Below, in pieces: positions 60,174 through 64,000 of a DNA stretch of 64,000 nt. Under the pieces are notes generated by a model, which had not been told where the DNA came from, did not search any database, and saw nothing but the letters and a program-made list of their open reading frames with translations. This stretch comes from Candidatus Obscuribacteraceae bacterium (GTDB lineage Bacteria > Cyanobacteriota > Vampirovibrionia > Obscuribacterales > Obscuribacteraceae), in contig JBGAHZ010000028.1 of assembly GCA_044225915.1 (NCBI GenBank), forward strand, positions 24,524 to 88,523, written 5' to 3'. How positions within the stretch are numbered: the first letter of the stretch is position 1; the number at the start of each line of letters is the position of its first letter. The position numbers and the translations under genes are program-made.

Positions 60174-60525
60174 ATCGCTCAAGTTCAGGATCCTGAAGGG
60201 TATTGCCTGCTCAGACCGCTTCTAGCAAAGGCGGCTTGAGTCGGGTGTTGACGTGGCCACGTCAGGGAAGCGGAGTTTCATCGACGCAAGTCGGTGATTC
60301 TTCCGCTTCCCAATTTCAACCATTTCTACTAGTCTAAGTCGTTAATTCTGGTTCGCAGATACTATGGTTTGTAGCAGAGTTGCCGGGAAGGTCAAATGCG
60401 AAAGGGGACGATTCAAAATCCAGGGCTGGTGCCCAGGAGCTGAGTCGTCCGCAATTCGCATCTGCCTGTCGATAGCGGAGGACCGTTATGGAATGGTCTT
60501 CGTGAACCGAACGACGGTCGGTTGT

Positions 60526-60852
60526 CTACTGATGGTCGGCGGGCGGCTCGGCGTTGACGCCGAGTTTGTATGAGCCGACGCGAATCACCAGATTGCTCTG
60601 GTTGCGACAGAACTTCTTGAGACCGTTGCTATCGCTGGTAAACGCACAGATGATCGAGCCCACGACGGCGGCGCCGACCATAATGCCTGCCACTGTCCAT
60701 TGACGTTCGCGAATGGCGGGGATGGCAGCCAGCACGCCGGCGCATATGCCGGGAATGATGGCGCCGAGGAAGCCCTGGTAGTTGCCGGCGCCGAGACCGA
60801 AACCTGCTGCCAGAGCGAACAAACCCATGAGAATGATTAGAATCGTGTTCAT
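60526..60852 (-). CDS. GlsB/YeaQ/YmgE-like small stress-associated membrane protein
   Basis: Three short Gly-rich TM helices (…IILMGLFALAAGFGLGAGNYQGFLGAIIPGICAGVLAAI…MVGAAVVGSIICAF). Confidence 0.35.
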   Translation of the reverse strand: MNTILIILMGLFALAAGFGLGAGNYQGFLGAIIPGICAGVLAAIPAIRERQWTVAGIMVGAAVVGSIICAFTSDSNGLKKFCRNQSNLVIRVGSYKLGVNAEPPADHQ

Positions 60853-60936
60853 TTTGAGAGTATCCGGGGTTGTGACGCGGTCCGGGAAAGTGGTGGCACA
60901 TCGCCACCACTTCCCGAACGCGCAGAAATCGGGATG

Positions 60937-62304
60937 CTACGCGCTCTTGAGCGCGGTCTGAATCGCGCGGGCGCGGGCGACGAGCGCCAGCATGGCGTCC
61001 TTGCCTGCGAGCGGGTCGCTGGTGTAGGACTTGCGCACTTCCACTTCGTCGCGGTTGATGGCGTCGAACTCGCCCTTGTGAGGCGCGAAAGCTGCGTCAC
61101 CGATACGACCCCACTTCATCTCGATGTCGGCTTGCACCGCATCGAGGTCGGAGCCGGCGGCGAGCGCTTCCTTGATCGAGCGCATGATGCCCGACAGCGC
61201 CTTGTTGGTCTGGTCGAACAACGTCGCCATCGAGTTGAGCAGCTCGTTGGGCTTGTAGTCGTTCTTCTTGACCAGACCGCCGAACAGCGTTGCATCTTCC
61301 AGCGCGATGTCGGAGCCTTCGACCGTCACCGTCTCGTTCGCCAGTTTGTTGATGCAACCCTGGTAGTTGCCCGCGTCGAACAGCTTGCGCGCATCGACGA
61401 GATGAGCGTTGGCTTTGGTACGCCGCGCCGAGAAGTCGGCGAAGTTGGTGAGCGCCGCCTCGTACTGGGACTTGGTGGCGCCGGTGAACTTGCCCTTCCA
61501 GTCCGATTGATCCTGGACGAATCCGAGGTAACCGGCCCGGAGCTTGAGGTAGAGGGCGTTTGCCGAATCCATCTTCTCGGTCCAGTCGGCCAGAGCCGCC
61601 TGCGCGGTAGCCTTCAACGCGCCGGTCGAACGCGAGCGCATGAAGAAGAAGGCGCCGGCGCCGCCAAGCGCAAGCAGGATGACGAACACGATCGGCAGCT
61701 TGCTCATGAAGTTGGAGTGCTCGGTCGCCTGCTGCTGCGCGGCGTTGTAGTCGTCGATCACCTTGTTGACGTTCGCGGCGATGCCGTTGAAGAGCCCCTT
61801 CGGGTCTTGTGGCATGTACTTTTTGACAGCCGGAACCACAGGACCGGTCGCCGAGTTGAGTGTGGCGCCATTCAGTCCGTAGACCTTCAGGTTGGAGCCG
61901 GCGTTGACCGCGACCCAGCCTTCCGACGGATTGGTGGCACTGCGCATCCAGAGCATGAGCACGTAGTTGTCGCTCGGGAAGCCATTGGCTCCGCCCCAAC
62001 GCAAGAGCAGCTCATCGAGGCGATTGGCGCCCAGGTTGCCGGAACCGGTTTCGGTCGTTTGCTGAACGACCACGACCAGAAACTTGACGTTGTTTTTCTC
62101 GCCGGCTTCCTTGAGCTTCTGCTCGAGACCGGGCAGCGCCACAGGGAAATCCGGGTTGTTGGCGACAGCCGGATCGATGTAAACCTGCGTGCCCGACTTG
62201 AAGTCCGGACGCCAGGGCTGAGCCGCTGCCGCCTGAGCCGGTGCCAGGACAAGCAAGGCAATAAGCATCACGAGCGCGCTCGTGAGTTTCGTTACGAAGT
62301 TCAT
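60937..62304 (-). CDS. TPM-domain membrane protein (455 aa), paralog of the N-terminal half of 53998-57021
   Basis: Signal peptide, TPM-like periplasmic domain, one TM. DWTEKMDSANALYLKLRAGYLGFVQDQSDWKGKF aligns with DWATKLDSANALYLKLRTGYMGFLTEQSDWKTKF in the larger protein. Confidence 0.55.
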   Translation of the reverse strand: MNFVTKLTSALVMLIALLVLAPAQAAAAQPWRPDFKSGTQVYIDPAVANNPDFPVALPGLEQKLKEAGEKNNVKFLVVVVQQTTETGSGNLGANRLDELLLRWGGANGFPSDNYVLMLWMRSATNPSEGWVAVNAGSNLKVYGLNGATLNSATGPVVPAVKKYMPQDPKGLFNGIAANVNKVIDDYNAAQQQATEHSNFMSKLPIVFVILLALGGAGAFFFMRSRSTGALKATAQAALADWTEKMDSANALYLKLRAGYLGFVQDQSDWKGKFTGATKSQYEAALTNFADFSARRTKANAHLVDARKLFDAGNYQGCINKLANETVTVEGSDIALEDATLFGGLVKKNDYKPNELLNSMATLFDQTNKALSGIMRSIKEALAAGSDLDAVQADIEMKWGRIGDAAFAPHKGEFDAINRDEVEVRKSYTSDPLAGKDAMLALVARARAIQTALKSA

Positions 62305-62329
62305 GTTTGCTGTACTCCTAGGTTTAGCG

Positions 62330-63265
62330 TTAGCTGTTGGCGTCCGCCTTGAAGCGGTCGTGGCAATCAGCGTTGACGTATGCGAGAAGCGGTGACTCGT
62401 GCACCGTGACGGTGAGCTTCGATCCGCGAGGGAATTCGCGAGTGATGTGCTGACCGTCGATGTAGAGCCGACCTTCGAACATGCCGGAGGTGACGACCAA
62501 CTTGTGGTCGATCACTTCACCGCCACGCAATTCGAAGCGCTCCCCGGGTGTGCGGAAAGGCTTGTCCACCCAGAATGCGAATGTCTGGTCGACGATGTCC
62601 GCAATCGGACCACCGGCGGAGCGCATGAAACCAGTCGAGCCACTCGGAGTCGAGATGATCAACCCCGATGATTTGTGCTCGGCCGTTACACCAGCTACTT
62701 CGAGTTTGTAGCGGCTGGTTCCTGCCGGGCAGGAGTGCGTGACCAGGACCTCGTTGAGAACGGGCATGTCGAATGCCGGTTGGCAGTCGATTGAGAGCTG
62801 CAGCCGAAGCAGTGCAAGCGGCTTGCGTGCGCCACGGAGAATGGCATCGATGGTGGCTTCGAAGCCGGCGCGGTCTGTGAGGCAGAAGTGACCGAAGCTG
62901 GTGAGCGGCGCCGAGTTGACGCCCAGCATCGGAACCGTGCCGCGCACCGAGTGCGAAGCATCGAGGAAGGTGCCGTCACCGCCGACGGTGACAATCAACT
63001 CCTCATTCCCGACGTCGAAGTGCTCGCCAGGAGCGCGTGCGACGCACCGAGCATCGATGTCGCGGTCATGTAGTACATCGACCACATGCTGGAGGGTGAG
63101 GCGATGCTCCTGGTCCGTGCGCTCGATGCGGGCGTTTTCACTGCAGTCGGGCTCGAGCAGACGTTTGAAACGCGCCTCATCGGAAGCCAGAGCTTTCGAC
63201 TTGAGCGTTTCTTTCACCACGACCAAAACGCGCTTGGGTTGTGCTGTTAGACCTGTCATTACCAT
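62330..63265 (-). CDS. nadK: NAD+ kinase
   Basis: VTVGGDGTFL matches the GGDG motif. LIISTPSGSTGFMRSAGGPI matches the NAD-kinase motif DGxxxSTxxGSTAYSxSAGGP. Confidence 0.75.
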   Translation of the reverse strand: MVMTGLTAQPKRVLVVVKETLKSKALASDEARFKRLLEPDCSENARIERTDQEHRLTLQHVVDVLHDRDIDARCVARAPGEHFDVGNEELIVTVGGDGTFLDASHSVRGTVPMLGVNSAPLTSFGHFCLTDRAGFEATIDAILRGARKPLALLRLQLSIDCQPAFDMPVLNEVLVTHSCPAGTSRYKLEVAGVTAEHKSSGLIISTPSGSTGFMRSAGGPIADIVDQTFAFWVDKPFRTPGERFELRGGEVIDHKLVVTSGMFEGRLYIDGQHITREFPRGSKLTVTVHESPLLAYVNADCHDRFKADANS

Positions 63266-63741
63266 AAGTTTCCTGTTTTGCTAAATCCCACTTGTGGCGG
63301 GACAAAATACACAGTCGACGTCAGTGTCGGCTGCAGGCGAAGAAACCTTCATGGGTTCATCTCCAAAAAAAAGTCGAGCATGTTCTAAGCGCTTATTTCG
63401 AAGAGCTGAGAAGATGCAGAACTGAGTTAGTTAGAGATAGACCGTCGCGTTGAAGTTCAAAGCAGAGAGTTTAGATATGCTGTGACGATAGAAATTAGCT
63501 AAGTTGCCAAGCAAGCTTTAAAGCCATGTGTGTATGTTTTAAAACCTAAATCTCCTTTCAGTTATATGCGGTTTCTTGACAGCATCGGAATTCGCAAGCC
63601 TGGGACCGCCTAGCGATGGTCGCGCTAGAAATGCTCTTTACAACATGGGAACTTTTCCGGTCTCACCTAATTCTGATTAAGACCCGGTAGAGAAAATCGA
63701 TGCAGTTGTTCGAGGAGGAAATCCAGTCGGAATCACATTCG

Positions 63742-63978
63742 TCAGCGATCGATCTCAAAGACGCCATGTGGAGGCAACTGATTTTTAGTCAAGTAATCGA
63801 GAATTTCTTGCTTCTGCTCATGCGCCAAAACTTCAAGTGACATGCCGCAAACCGAATCGGTTAAATCTGGTGGTGTCGGCGTAGGACGGAATCGAAACGA
63901 TTTTTCGCTGGCAGCTTTCAAAGCTTTTTCGGCGGCAAGCACGGCGTGTGTGGTTTCGAAAGTTACGATAATGCGCAT
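63742..63978 (-). CDS. DUF3343-like small protein (putative Se/S-carrier-like fold)
   Basis: Length about 78 aa. MRIIVTFETTHAVLAAEKALKAA…PTPTP…CGMSL fits the DUF3343 pattern (βαβ, then PtP, then CG). Confidence 0.45.
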   Translation of the reverse strand: MRIIVTFETTHAVLAAEKALKAASEKSFRFRPTPTPPDLTDSVCGMSLEVLAHEQKQEILDYLTKNQLPPHGVFEIDR

Positions 63979-64000
63979 GGTTGGCGGACCTTGGCTGGTT

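Noticed and set aside
1-64000. Mobile elements, integrases and prophage genes
   Set aside because: No transposase, integrase, recombinase, phage structural protein or tRNA-adjacent att-like repeat was recognised anywhere in the window.

Overview
This 64 kb window looks like a high-GC (roughly 60-65%) chromosomal segment from a Gram-negative bacterium. The evidence for Gram-negative is a TolC-like outer-membrane factor plus an RND permease and a membrane-fusion protein. The leucine-rich-repeat (LRR) protein, DUF2252 protein and many signal-peptide proteins suggest something Planctomycetota-like, but that is only a guess. I found no rRNA, tRNA, CRISPR array or transposase.

Contents in order:
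- A protease-rich block: an S53 sedolisin, a C26 gamma-glutamyl hydrolase-like enzyme, tldD and pmbA, and a secreted calpain-like C2 cysteine protease encoded next to a secreted TPR protein.
- An RND efflux operon in the order outer-membrane factor, permease, adaptor.
- A second pair of TPR protein plus calpain-like protein, then a LOG-family protein and a NiCoT-type nickel/cobalt transporter.
- A roughly 3 kb beta-helix adhesin-like gene and a flotillin-like (SPFH) gene with internal repeats.
- A lower-GC islet with small genes, including two tandem MshEN-like mini-genes with disrupted frames.
- A purine nucleoside phosphorylase (punA) next to a truncated PNP-like gene and phosphopentomutase (deoB).
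- MerR-like and HD-domain genes, a glycogen-debranching-type enzyme, an LRR protein and a DUF2252 protein.
- The locus I consider most unusual: three head-to-tail copies of a gene for a membrane-anchored coiled-coil protein, each copy broken by different small indels. This array sits beside two paralogous TPM-domain membrane proteins, a conserved hypothetical paralog, nadK and a DUF3343 gene.

Two families of palindromic REP-like repeats occur at convergent gene ends. One forms a 4.3-copy tandem array of a 60-bp unit. The long antisense ORFs in the six-frame track are GC artefacts. All functional calls come from motif recognition by eye, with no database search.
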